Notes: generated from the letters alone by a model not told the origin. A stretch of DNA of 64,000 nt from an uncultured Aminicenantes bacterium (GCA_965195285.1 CBDAFS010000014.1:1-64000); one strand, 5' to 3'; shown: positions 45,848 to 55,544, counted from the first letter of the stretch. A program made the numbers and translations.

Positions 45848-46192
45848 TTACTTTCCCGAATAACTGGCCGCTGCATCCTCTGATTCCCACACGATCACTC
45901 TGATAACGGGATAGGTCCTTTTGAGCTCGTTAAAAAAATACCGGGCCAGGTTTTCAGCGGAAGGCGAAAAATCATACCTGTCATTTAAAACCTGGTGATC
46001 GGGTAAAATGGATTTCAGGACCTGTTTTATATGCTTGAAATCTATGGAAATCCCCGATTGATCCAGATCCCGGGTCTCAATATGTACTTCTACCTGAAAA
46101 GTATGGCCGTGCATCTTCTCGCAATCGCCCCGGTAGTTTTCCAAAAAATGGGCAGCCGAAAACTTTTGTTTGATGATCAATTCCCAACTCAT
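45848..46192 (-). CDS. queD: 6-carboxytetrahydropterin synthase
   Basis: FSAAH, CEKMHGH, SAENLA and VWES motifs. Confidence 0.92.
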   Translation of the reverse strand: MSWELIIKQKFSAAHFLENYRGDCEKMHGHTFQVEVHIETRDLDQSGISIDFKHIKQVLKSILPDHQVLNDRYDFSPSAENLARYFFNELKRTYPVIRVIVWESEDAAASYSGK

Positions 46193-46887
46193 AATTTTCC
46201 CTCTTTCTCAAGTCTCAGAATCAGGGGATCCGGAATATCCAGCTGTTTGAAGGCATCCATCCGGATCTCACAGGAGGGACACTTCAGACAGGGGACTTCC
46301 TTTCCCCGGTAGCAGGAAACCGAAAAAGAATAATCGGCTCCCCGTTTCATTCCCCACTCGATAATTTCAGGCTTGGTTTTATCCATCAGTGGGGCATGAA
46401 GTATGAAGGACTTACCAATAACCGCTGCCGAAGTGCCCTGATTGATGGCCTGCTCCATTTTATCAACAAATTTCCCGGTGGTATCCGGATAATCCGGTGA
46501 GTCGATGACATTAAAGCCGGTGATAATATTGGATATCTCCCGGGATTCGGCATAAGCCGCCGCCATCGAGAGCATAATGCCGTTGCGAAAGGGAACATAG
46601 GTAAAGGGAATTCCCCGCTCATTTCTGGACAGGGATAACGAATCCGGAATATCCCTGGTCTCATCGGTCAGGGCTGAACTGACCAGTTCGTTCAGGGGCA
46701 GTTCAATGATCCGAAAAGGAATTCCCATGCCAACGGCTATTTTTTCTGCCATGAGGACTTCGATGACATGCCGCTGACCGTAATTGAAAATCAGGGTTTC
46801 CACCCGGCTGAAGTGTTTTATCCCCCAGTACAGAGCAGTGGTGGAATCAATCCCACCGGAAAACAATAAAACCGCAGGGTTTTTCAT
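46189..46887 (-). CDS. queC: 7-cyano-7-deazaguanine synthase
   Basis: SGGIDS, YGQRH, TYVPFRN, YPD and SCY..PC..CPSC motifs. Confidence 0.93.
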   Translation of the reverse strand: MKNPAVLLFSGGIDSTTALYWGIKHFSRVETLIFNYGQRHVIEVLMAEKIAVGMGIPFRIIELPLNELVSSALTDETRDIPDSLSLSRNERGIPFTYVPFRNGIMLSMAAAYAESREISNIITGFNVIDSPDYPDTTGKFVDKMEQAINQGTSAAVIGKSFILHAPLMDKTKPEIIEWGMKRGADYSFSVSCYRGKEVPCLKCPSCEIRMDAFKQLDIPDPLILRLEKEGKL

Positions 46888-46912
46888 CTTCTCCCGGACA
46901 AGCCCCTTACGA

Positions 46913-47917
46913 TTATTTTATTTCGGACTGATGCAGTTCCCATTCTTCGGTCTCTTCGTTTTCAATCAATTGATAAAGTTTGCCATCATTGATGGAAAAG
47001 GGATAGGGTGTCATGGCCGTTTGAAACACAAAGGGGATAAATATTTTTTTCAAAAAATTCCCATTCCCGTCAAAGATAAAAAATTCAAAGGTATCACCCT
47101 GGCGCCGGAAGGTCATCGCATAGATAAAATCATCTCGTTGAAAAATGGAAACGATGGCCGGATAAGTATCGGGAAATACCGCCATTCTTTTTAGAACATC
47201 AAGATATTGCTTGGTCCGGGGATTGCTCTCGAGCTCTTTAAAGATTTTCTGTTTATCCGCTTCTCCGAATTTAACCTTACTATAATCCCTTTTTATGACC
47301 ATCAATTCCTTGGTCTCCTGGTCATACACCTTGATGACAAAATCTTTTCCATCCACGATATATAGTTTGTTATCAAAGGTCAGGTACTGGAGGGTGGAAT
47401 TCAAAATCTTGATCACATTCTTGGTCGGCTGGGTATCCGACTCCCTCTTCAGGATGGTTTTTAATTTTTTCAAATCAGGTCCATACAGATTGATACTCTC
47501 ATAACGGGTATTATCTTCCAGGCTGATGCTCACACCCACGTAATTCTTCCCCAAAGGCTGGTAATTGAAATTAATACCGCCACTGGCCTTGATTTCCTTG
47601 ATAAATCCCCCCTCCCGGGTATAGAAGGAGATCTTTCCGAAGCTGTTGATGATCAAATGATCCTGGTGGGGAATGACGATTATAAAACGCAAAAATTCCT
47701 TGGGTCCTTCTCCGGCTTTACCAAATTTTTTTATAAAACGGTAATCCTGGCTTGAGTAAATGTAAACAGTGGTATCTTCGGTGATATAAATCTTATCATC
47801 CTCGATTACCATCCGGCCGGGTTTGAGTATATCGGTGAAAGTAGCCACTTTCCTGGCCTGGATCAAGCCGGAACCCATAACTATAAATACCATCAACAAT
47901 CCAATTGTTTTCCTCAT
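46913..47917 (-). CDS. Secreted 6-bladed beta-propeller-like protein (paralog 1)
   Basis: Signal peptide; FGKAGEGPKEF; similar over its length to 48061-49068. Confidence 0.6.
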   Translation of the reverse strand: MRKTIGLLMVFIVMGSGLIQARKVATFTDILKPGRMVIEDDKIYITEDTTVYIYSSQDYRFIKKFGKAGEGPKEFLRFIIVIPHQDHLIINSFGKISFYTREGGFIKEIKASGGINFNYQPLGKNYVGVSISLEDNTRYESINLYGPDLKKLKTILKRESDTQPTKNVIKILNSTLQYLTFDNKLYIVDGKDFVIKVYDQETKELMVIKRDYSKVKFGEADKQKIFKELESNPRTKQYLDVLKRMAVFPDTYPAIVSIFQRDDFIYAMTFRRQGDTFEFFIFDGNGNFLKKIFIPFVFQTAMTPYPFSINDGKLYQLIENEETEEWELHQSEIK

Positions 47918-48060
47918 GAATCCTCCTGGAATCTAGGTAATGGTTAATTATATATGACCCGGTGTTCAAAATCAATCCATTATATAGGTTGGCTACATAA
48001 GAGTCTCATATGTTTCGTGACTTATTCATTAGGCAGCCCTGTTTTTTTAAATTGGTGGTG

Positions 48061-49068
48061 TTATTCGATGGTTGAGATATGCAGATTCCAGACTTCGTCT
48101 TCCAGGTCTTCGATCAACTGATATAATTTCCCGTTTTTCAACGTGAGCGGATACGGTTCGAGCTCGTTCTTGTAGGCCAGCGGAATCCATTGTTTCTTTA
48201 AAAATTTACCGTCCATATCATAGATATAAAACTGGTTTTTCTGATTTTCCTTTTTCCAGATCATGACGTAAATTCGGTCATCGATCACAAAAAAGGCCTG
48301 CATAGCCGGGTAATAATCCGGGAAGGTGACCGGTTTTAGCAGAATTTCGTAGATATCCTTGGTTCTGGCGGAAGTCTTGAGATAGTGAATGACCTTGTCC
48401 TTAAAATCCTGGGTGACCTTTAATTTCTCGTCCTTCACTTTGATGGTGAACAGCTTTTTCATCTGGGTGTCATATGCATCGATGAAGTTTTCCTGACTTC
48501 CGGGAAGCAGGATTTTATTTTCATATCCCTGAAAAATGAATGGTTTCTGAAGCACCCGTATTCCCTTTCCCGGCCCCTTCAGGCCGCTGTCCGCCCGGTA
48601 GATCTCTTTGATTTTTTTCAGGTTCGCGTCAAACAGATTGACTGTGTTGAAAAGGGCATTTTGTTCGAAAGACTGGCCCATGCCCAGAAATTGATCTCCC
48701 AAAGGTTGAAAATTAAAAAAATTGGGCATGGCTCTGATTTCTTTTAAAAATTCACCACTTTTACTGAAGTAAGATACTTTACCCAGGCTGTTAATGATAA
48801 TTTTATTGGTGGAAACGTCAAGGGAAACCGGAACCCGGTGGTGCAGGGCAAATTCCTGAGGGCCCTGACCCTGCTTGCCGAATTTTTTCAACAGGCTGAA
48901 ATCCTTTAGCGAATAGATGAAAATAGATGCGCCCTCGGTGACATAGAGCTGGTTCTCATCCACGGAGATGGTTACGGGTTTCATGACCTCGGTCAGGGTG
49001 GTTACCTTGGAGGGGTACAGAAAAAGGGTTACCATCAGGATCAACAATAATAGTATTATTTTTTTCAT
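48061..49068 (-). CDS. Secreted 6-bladed beta-propeller-like protein (paralog 2)
   Basis: Signal peptide; FGKQGQGPQEF; GKLYQLIE..E.W.LH C-terminus shared with paralog 1. Confidence 0.6.
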   Translation of the reverse strand: MKKIILLLLILMVTLFLYPSKVTTLTEVMKPVTISVDENQLYVTEGASIFIYSLKDFSLLKKFGKQGQGPQEFALHHRVPVSLDVSTNKIIINSLGKVSYFSKSGEFLKEIRAMPNFFNFQPLGDQFLGMGQSFEQNALFNTVNLFDANLKKIKEIYRADSGLKGPGKGIRVLQKPFIFQGYENKILLPGSQENFIDAYDTQMKKLFTIKVKDEKLKVTQDFKDKVIHYLKTSARTKDIYEILLKPVTFPDYYPAMQAFFVIDDRIYVMIWKKENQKNQFYIYDMDGKFLKKQWIPLAYKNELEPYPLTLKNGKLYQLIEDLEDEVWNLHISTIE

Positions 49069-49106
49069 ATTCTTACTCCTTTAATAAAAACGGGGAAAAC
49101 TGTTTC

Positions 49107-49418
49107 TTATACGACCACTGCTGTGCCGTAAACCAGTATTTCGGCGGCACTCTGCATAACATAAGATGTGGAAAAGCGGATGTTCACAATGGCATTGGCG
49201 CCCAGGTCTTCGGCTTCCTCGATCATACGGTCCAGCGCCTGTTCCCGGGCCTCGGCCATCATTTTGGTGTATTCGGAGATTTCCCCGCCCACAAAATTTT
49301 TAAACCCGGCCATGATATCCTTTCCAAAATGTCTGGCCCGGATGGTATTACCCTTGACCAGTCCCAAAATCTTCTTGATGTCTTTTCCCGGTATGCAATC
49401 GATGTTAACCATAATCAT
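49107..49418 (-). CDS. YbjQ/UPF0145 family protein
   Basis: GLVKGNTIRAR, GGEISEYT, LGANAIV and EILVYGTAV; ATG at 49418 with GGAGG RBS (the listed longer ORF start is spurious). Confidence 0.88.
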   Translation of the reverse strand: MIMVNIDCIPGKDIKKILGLVKGNTIRARHFGKDIMAGFKNFVGGEISEYTKMMAEAREQALDRMIEEAEDLGANAIVNIRFSTSYVMQSAAEILVYGTAVVV

Positions 49419-49861
49419 TTTTCGACCTCCTTGTATCGTTCTCTTTTTCTGAAAAACAGCTGTTCTCTCAGGATTGAGACAAAAACAATAATCCCACCGG
49501 CCCCGAAAATCAATACCCCGATCTTCAAGATCAAGGGGGTTTCGGGATTGAGGATCAGGTTTTTTATGGCCGGATAGGCTCCGATGCCGATTAAAATAAT
49601 CAGGCCGATGGAGAGCACGATCCAGCCAATTTTTCTTTCCAGGCGGTTGTAAACCGATGACCAGTAAGCCTCCCAGATATCCTTGGATGGTTTTTTCAAT
49701 TTCATTTGGTTCAATACCTCCTCCAATTGGTTTAATTCTTCGAATTCCTGCTGGCATTCCCGGCAATCCGACAGGTGGTTTTCAACCAGTTCGGTTTGCT
49801 TGTCATTCAGTAGGCCATCAAGATATGAAGAAACCAGTTTTTTTATCTCTTGATGTTTCAT
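49415..49861 (-). CDS. zf-HC2 anti-sigma factor with 2 TM helices
   Basis: YLDG, HLSDCREC and two TM segments. Confidence 0.8.
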   Translation of the reverse strand: MKHQEIKKLVSSYLDGLLNDKQTELVENHLSDCRECQQEFEELNQLEEVLNQMKLKKPSKDIWEAYWSSVYNRLERKIGWIVLSIGLIILIGIGAYPAIKNLILNPETPLILKIGVLIFGAGGIIVFVSILREQLFFRKRERYKEVEK

Positions 49862-50406
49862 TTTAAAAATTTCTCCATTTTATTTCTTAAGTTTCGCTTG
49901 GCATAATGTATCGATGACATGACGCTGCCAAGCGGTTTACCCAGCACCTGGGCGATTTCCGCATAACTGAACCCCTGAAAATAGCGCAGGATTAAAACTT
50001 CTTTTTGAGCCAGGGGCAGTTTGTCAATCCCTTTCCAGACTTGAATCTTGATGTCCTGGCTGCATCCGGGGTTGCTGGGAAGGTTGATATTCTCCAGAGG
50101 TACCTAGTTTTTATTCCGGATTTTCTTGAGCCAGTCCAGGCAAAGATTTCTGAGGATTTTATAAAACAAGGGAAAAAAACGATTTCCATATTTGAACTTT
50201 CTGATATGTTTGAAGGCCTTGATGAAGGCTTCCTGGGAAATATCCAGGGCATCCGCTTCTGACTTTACAAAGCCCAGCGCAATATAGTATGCCTTTTTCA
50301 TATACTGTTTCACAATGGTGGAATAGGCTTCCGTATCGCCGTTTTTTACCGCTTCGATACAGTGTTGTTCGATGATCAACTGGTTTTCGGTTTCACCGTC
50401 TTTCAT
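49858..50406 (-). pseudogene. ECF sigma factor interrupted by an in-frame TAG at 50104-50106
   Basis: Region 2 (DISQEAFIKAF..RNLCLD) precedes the stop. The same frame continues VPLEN..IDKLPLAQKEVLILRYFQGFSYAEIAQVLGKPLGSVMSSIHYAKRNL (region 4) to TGA at 49858. Confidence 0.8.
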
Positions 50407-50644
50407 ATCAGTATACCTGTTGGTTGATGGCTTTATTCAAATCAATTTTATATTGTTTATTTTCAACCAGAAAGGCTGTGATGTCAACCAGGCCGTATCA
50501 TTTTTAATCGGGTTTTATGGAAGAGGGCTTTTTTTTTATTGTGGTTGACTGGAAAATTATTTTCATATACTATTTATATGAAGATAAAATAGTTTTCATT
50601 CAAATGGTTTTAAATTTGAAATCAAGCCAAGAAGGAGAAATATC

Positions 50645-51577
50645 ATGAAAACGAAGCGAGTTTTATCCAGGTTTCTATTTCTTTTTTTCATGGGTTTTCT
50701 AACCCTGGTTTTTTCACTTGAATCGGTCATTACCGTGGCCTATGCGGCTCCCAGAGAGGGTACTGCCTATGCGAATGCTGCCAAAAAGAAAAAAAAGACC
50801 ACCAAGAAACCAAAAAAAACATCCAAAAAATCAAAAACAACCAGCTCAAAATCTTATAAAAAGACCTCACCCTATAAAAAATCGAGCCCATACAAGAAGT
50901 CTACCCCCTATAAAAAAACATCACCCTATAAGAAGACTGCTCCCAAGTCGAAAGCCTACAAGGGGTCGTATTACAAACCAAAACCAACGCATCCCAGTCC
51001 CAGTTACCATCCCAAAAGTAATTACCGGCGCCCCCGTTACGGCAGGGTTATAGCCAAACCGCCGGTTGGATACCGCTCTTTTAAACACCGGGGCCGCAAT
51101 TATTATTATCACCGGGGTGTGTATTATGGTCACGGCTCCAGGGGATATACGGTTATTGCCGGTCCGATTGGCTCCCGGATCTATTCCATGCCCACCGGTT
51201 ACCGGCAGGTATATGTCCGCAATGTTCCCTACTATTATTACTACGGATCCTATTATCGCTATGATCCGGTTGGCCGGGCCTACATCGTTATTGCTTCTCC
51301 CATCGGTGCCGCCATTAATTACCTGCCCGAAGGATTTGAGACCCTTTACCTGGGTTCCGATCCCTATTACTATTATCACGGAACGTATTACCGCTTTGAT
51401 CCGGGCCGCCAGCTCTATTATGTGGTTCGGAGCCCTGCCGGTTTGATCCATTCCAGTCTTCCCTATGGTTATGAAACCTATTATTACTGGGGCATGAAGC
51501 GTTATAGGTGCAGGGGAGTGAGCTATATCCCCGTCAAGAGAAGGGGGGGAGGTGTCGTCTATCAGGTAATTCGATAG
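50645..51577 (+). CDS. Secreted Lys/Tyr-rich protein (DUF6515-like repeats)
   Basis: Signal peptide, basic low-complexity linker, three YYYxxGxYY..Y.V..P.G repeats. Confidence 0.65.
   Translation: MKTKRVLSRFLFLFFMGFLTLVFSLESVITVAYAAPREGTAYANAAKKKKKTTKKPKKTSKKSKTTSSKSYKKTSPYKKSSPYKKSTPYKKTSPYKKTAPKSKAYKGSYYKPKPTHPSPSYHPKSNYRRPRYGRVIAKPPVGYRSFKHRGRNYYYHRGVYYGHGSRGYTVIAGPIGSRIYSMPTGYRQVYVRNVPYYYYYGSYYRYDPVGRAYIVIASPIGAAINYLPEGFETLYLGSDPYYYYHGTYYRFDPGRQLYYVVRSPAGLIHSSLPYGYETYYYWGMKRYRCRGVSYIPVKRRGGGVVYQVIR
50855..50938 (+). repeat. In-frame 18-bp tandem repeat encoding YKK(T/S)(S/T)P, about 4.7 copies
   Basis: YKKTSP-YKKSSP-YKKSTP-YKKTSP-YKKT. Confidence 0.75.
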
Positions 51578-51652
51578 GCTCGTCATACATACGGTATAGT
51601 TGTTGCAAAAAATAATCCTATATGTTATATTATTAATTAAAGGAGAAATAAA

Positions 51653-51802
51653 ATGGCAGAAACAGCATATTGTGTTAAATGCAAAGCAAAATCCGAAATG
51701 AAGAATTCACAAAGAGTTACAATGAAGAATGGCAGGCCTGCAATGAAAGGGACATGTTCCAAGTGCGGGACCGGAATGTATAAGATCTTGCCTTCTAAAT
51801 AA
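51653..51802 (+). CDS. Small zinc-ribbon protein (DUF5679-like, 49 aa), missing from the ORF track
   Basis: AAGGAG RBS; MAETAYCVKCKAKSEMKNSQRVTMKNGRPAMKGTCSKCGTGMYKILPSK with two CxxC. Confidence 0.8.
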   Translation: MAETAYCVKCKAKSEMKNSQRVTMKNGRPAMKGTCSKCGTGMYKILPSK

Positions 51803-51831
51803 AATAATTCAAGTTTGGAATATTTTTAATT

Positions 51832-52986
51832 TTATTCAAACTCAATCATTACCATTTTTACTCCGGTGATTTGCTCTCTGTCAACTGCTGATGAATAGGC
51901 AACACAGGCAACAATTTTGTTGCCATCAGGGCCCCAGGAACTGTCAGATACAACAACACGACGCCCTCCCATATATTCGGGATAACCTGGCTCATTAAAG
52001 TAGGTCATTCTCTGTTTTTCTGAACCATCACTGTTCATCAGCCACAGTTCGGTTATCAGGTATTTCTGCCAGCCATCACCCAGAATATCACCCCATGCGA
52101 TATCAAATTCTGTACTGGACATCCAAGCAATTTTTTTGCCATCAGGGGAGTAATGGGCATGTTCATCCCAGTCATCATCACTTTCAGTCAACCTTTTAAG
52201 TTCGTTTGTTTCCAGATCGAGTTCATAAATATCCAGCCCGATCGAAACCTGTCCGGATAGCAGATTGCCCGAGAATAAAACACATCTGTCATCATTAGAA
52301 AACCCGTGACTTTCATAAAAACAGTTCTGTTCTCCTGGGGTCAGGGTTTCAATATGGGCCAGGTAAGGATAATCTTGGTTCGTATTAAAATCGGCCAGCT
52401 TGAGTACCCAGCCTCCGCCAAAGCTATTTCCGTAAGACCGCCTCTCTGCCCAGAGCAATTTTTTTCCATTGTGGGAGAACTGCGGATGAATAATGCCAAT
52501 AGAAGGTTCAGTATCAGGATGATGTGTTAATCTGAAAAAATCCTCACCTTTCTCGTTCATTACCCATAAATCACAGTTAATTCCTTTTCCAGGTATAGCC
52601 CAATTGTCCATTTCATACGGGGTGCCCTCCTTTTCAGCGGTAAAAACAATATATTCTCCGGATGGATGCCATGCCGGATTACCGTTATGTTTTTGAGGGC
52701 AGCCTTCTCTGCCGTGAGTTAAATATTGGAGATTGGTTCCATCCGGTTTAATGACATAAACATCATAATAACCATCATACTGTTTGCCTGCAGAAAGAAT
52801 AAGATTCTTGCTATGTGACCAATCCAGACTCTTGCCATATTCTACAATTGTTGTAATGCTCTTTACCCTGTATTCTCTGGGATCATTTCCATTATCTGTT
52901 CCATTATTGTTGTAAGTACAGCCTATTATTAAAATTATAACCAGCATTGAAGTAATTATTAATCCGATTTTCATTCTGTTTTTCAT
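51832..52986 (-). CDS. TolB-like/PD40 beta-propeller lipoprotein
   Basis: IIGC lipobox; WHPSGEY, PQFSHNGKK, YSPDGKKI and WGPDGNKI repeats. Confidence 0.75.
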   Translation of the reverse strand: MKNRMKIGLIITSMLVIILIIGCTYNNNGTDNGNDPREYRVKSITTIVEYGKSLDWSHSKNLILSAGKQYDGYYDVYVIKPDGTNLQYLTHGREGCPQKHNGNPAWHPSGEYIVFTAEKEGTPYEMDNWAIPGKGINCDLWVMNEKGEDFFRLTHHPDTEPSIGIIHPQFSHNGKKLLWAERRSYGNSFGGGWVLKLADFNTNQDYPYLAHIETLTPGEQNCFYESHGFSNDDRCVLFSGNLLSGQVSIGLDIYELDLETNELKRLTESDDDWDEHAHYSPDGKKIAWMSSTEFDIAWGDILGDGWQKYLITELWLMNSDGSEKQRMTYFNEPGYPEYMGGRRVVVSDSSWGPDGNKIVACVAYSSAVDREQITGVKMVMIEFE

Positions 52987-53008
52987 GATTTTATCTTCTG
53001 TTTTATTT

Positions 53009-54151
53009 TTAAAACTTAATCATCCATATCTGCAGAGAATCTAGTTTACCTGTTTTTTTATTGACAGAAGCTATTTGAATCACTATTCTTTTTCCCTCTT
53101 TATCCCAGTCATAATCTGATACTAAATATCTTGTATTTAAGTCGGCATTTTTATTCATTTCAGTAAGCTGGACTATATCCCCATTGGTTTTTTTCAAAAA
53201 GAGTTCGAGTGCAACTGTATCAGGTTTGGAACTTGGTGCGGTCCATGTTGGATCAAACCGGCTGGAAAGAAACACAAAATCTCCTGTTCCTGCGGGTGAG
53301 AAAGTTCCATGTTCTTCCCATGTTGTTGGGCTGTTAATTATGTGAACAAAGTTAGTTCCATCTATTTTAACTGAATAAAGATCATCTACATAAGCTTGTC
53401 CGTTTGGTGTGAAAGAATATGTAAATTCTTCACCGTTATAGAAATCATTTGTTTCATAAAATCCATCCCCATTGGATTTTATTACTGTTGAGTTGATAAT
53501 TTCCATAGTCTCTGTATCAAAATCAGCTATTCTTATCTGCCAACCATCCCAGTGATTTTCGCCTCCGGGTGTACGTTCACCCATGCCTGGAATTTCAACA
53601 CCCGTAGGAATTCTTTCTGCAAATATCAATTTTGTTCCATCGTGGCTGAAATGCGGATGAAGCGCGGCATGATTTAGGTCTGTGGTCCAGATACGCTTTG
53701 CTCCTGTGCCGTCTTTCTTTATAATCCATAGGTCATTGTTTATGCCAAAAGAAACATGCTCCATAACTCTGTGTTTAGAGTTTGAGTTTTCAACCTGAAT
53801 GACAATATGCTTGCCGTCAGGATGCCATGCCGGCTGGCCAACAAATCCTTTTGGAATAACAGAATCGCATGTAATGCATTGCTTGCCTGAACCATCAGGC
53901 CCAACGGTATATACTTCGGTGTTTTTCAAAATATCATTTGATATGGTGTCATATGCGATCAATTCATGAGCTTTTCCTTTGTACCAGTCAACCCTGCCAC
54001 CTTTTTCTATGAAAAGTTCTATGCTTTTTATCTTGTATTCAAAAGTATTATTATCATTATTTGTTCCATTATTGTAGTGAGTACAGCCGATTATTAGAAT
54101 TATTGTAATCATTAATGATATTAATAATCCAAATTTATTTTTGTTTTTCAT
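53009..54151 (-). CDS. TolB-like/PD40 beta-propeller lipoprotein (paralog)
   Basis: IIGC lipobox; WHPDGKHI, PHFSHDGTKL and WEEHGTFSP. Confidence 0.72.
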   Translation of the reverse strand: MKNKNKFGLLISLMITIILIIGCTHYNNGTNNDNNTFEYKIKSIELFIEKGGRVDWYKGKAHELIAYDTISNDILKNTEVYTVGPDGSGKQCITCDSVIPKGFVGQPAWHPDGKHIVIQVENSNSKHRVMEHVSFGINNDLWIIKKDGTGAKRIWTTDLNHAALHPHFSHDGTKLIFAERIPTGVEIPGMGERTPGGENHWDGWQIRIADFDTETMEIINSTVIKSNGDGFYETNDFYNGEEFTYSFTPNGQAYVDDLYSVKIDGTNFVHIINSPTTWEEHGTFSPAGTGDFVFLSSRFDPTWTAPSSKPDTVALELFLKKTNGDIVQLTEMNKNADLNTRYLVSDYDWDKEGKRIVIQIASVNKKTGKLDSLQIWMIKF

Positions 54152-54295
54152 ATTTAACCCCTATTATGTTATACGAGAGATATCTGCAATCCATCCCCAT
54201 AAAAAAAGACTCCTGGTCTCAACCGATGATAGTCATCCAGATATTATTGAACCAGCCAGCTCCAGGCGGTTCACGTTAATATATATCAATATGAT

Positions 54296-55531
54296 TTATT
54301 TAAAATCCTGGTTATTTATTAACTCTTTATACTTAAGTCCTGTTGAGGTATATTTTCCGGCTACAATATTTTTTCCAGCTTCTGCAGAAGAAAGCGCTAT
54401 GAGCTCTTCCGATGATTTCCCACTGACTTCGTCATAATCAAGATATGCAAAGAAATACTTTGTCCAAAATGGAGATACAAATTCAAATTCTTCAACATAT
54501 GCAAGTTTGGCTATGACCTCAAGGAATTTTTGATCCAAAGGTGCCCAGAAGCTGAATACATCTCTGGCAAACATGTCCGTTTCTGTTACACTTCCCAGTT
54601 CGGTTTCTGCTGTTTTGTAAAGCCATGCTTCACTCATTGTTATTGGTTTACCTTTTGATTGGGCAATGTCTGCAATGGTCAATACTCTTTCAAAAAAGTC
54701 TCTATTGATAGGGTAAACATGAGTATCAATATAATCAACATCAGTATTTGCAAAACTTGTTGTGAATTCCTTGTATTTTGGATGCCACGTACCAACTCCT
54801 GCGCCAATTTTAACATCAGTGATTTGGCTTTCCACAAGTTCATTAAGGACCTCATTTACGAATTCTGTTTGTATTGTAACATCGTTGACAGGTTTTCCTG
54901 TCTGTAATGTTTCTGTATCCGGTTCTATGGTAATGGTTAAGTAGTCAGGATGCAATTCATCTCCAATAGTAATTATCGTTTGTAAACGTCCTGAAAGATA
55001 CTCTGCTAAAGAAAGATCATTGTAAAAGTCTGTTAAATTGAATGTAGAAATTCCTTTTTGTGTGAAAATAAAATGGCTTTCTATAATTAATTTCATACCC
55101 CTTGAGTTAACACTTTCAGCAATCTTTTTATAAAAATCAAGATAGGCATCATGTTCTGCTTGGTCCGTATGAAATGGCGGGTAGAAAAGAGGAAAATTAA
55201 CAGCTATAACTACGCCCTCAACACCTAACTCTTCCAAACGATCAAGTTCCAAGAAAGCACCGATAATTCCTCCTGGCTGCAATAGATCTTCACCTCTGTT
55301 AGAATTGGCAGCCAGCAATTCAGCAGCAAAAACAGGGTCATGGTTTTCATTTGTAGGTGTCGGAAAGATATTCTCAAACTCAGTCATTTGAGATAATAAT
55401 TCATAGTAAAGAGCTCTAAATTCTACCGGGATTGCATCTTCAGGGCTGTTATTTTCCTGAGTACAGCCACTTATTAAAATTATTATAACCATTAATGATA
55501 TTAACAATCCCAATTTATTTCTGTTTTTCAC
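54296..55531 (-). CDS. Lipoprotein with a putative glycoside hydrolase (clan GH-A-like TIM barrel) domain
   Basis: ISGC lipobox; IEPDTE, DYIDTHVYP and MSEAW resemble GH-A acid/base and nucleophile strands. Confidence 0.5.
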   Translation of the reverse strand: MKNRNKLGLLISLMVIIILISGCTQENNSPEDAIPVEFRALYYELLSQMTEFENIFPTPTNENHDPVFAAELLAANSNRGEDLLQPGGIIGAFLELDRLEELGVEGVVIAVNFPLFYPPFHTDQAEHDAYLDFYKKIAESVNSRGMKLIIESHFIFTQKGISTFNLTDFYNDLSLAEYLSGRLQTIITIGDELHPDYLTITIEPDTETLQTGKPVNDVTIQTEFVNEVLNELVESQITDVKIGAGVGTWHPKYKEFTTSFANTDVDYIDTHVYPINRDFFERVLTIADIAQSKGKPITMSEAWLYKTAETELGSVTETDMFARDVFSFWAPLDQKFLEVIAKLAYVEEFEFVSPFWTKYFFAYLDYDEVSGKSSEELIALSSAEAGKNIVAGKYTSTGLKYKELINNQDFK

Positions 55532-55544
55532 AATTCAGATTCTC

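Noticed and set aside
45219-46887. queCDE as part of a dpd DNA-modification island
   Set aside because: No dpdA/tgtA5 or other dpd genes nearby and host-like composition; ordinary queuosine synthesis is the simpler reading
46888-46912. preQ1 riboswitch before queC
   Set aside because: Only 25 nt of spacer and no recognisable motif
49419-49766. N-terminal extension of the 219-aa YbjQ ORF
   Set aside because: It overlaps the anti-sigma gene in another frame; the real start with an RBS is 49418
50104-50106. Genome-wide TAG recoding or pyrrolysine
   Set aside because: TAG ends ftsY, pilX, amrS and others at the expected lengths, and no pyl genes are in the window
50855-50938. CRISPR-like repeat array
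   Set aside because: In-frame degenerate 18-bp coding repeats without spacers, and no cas genes
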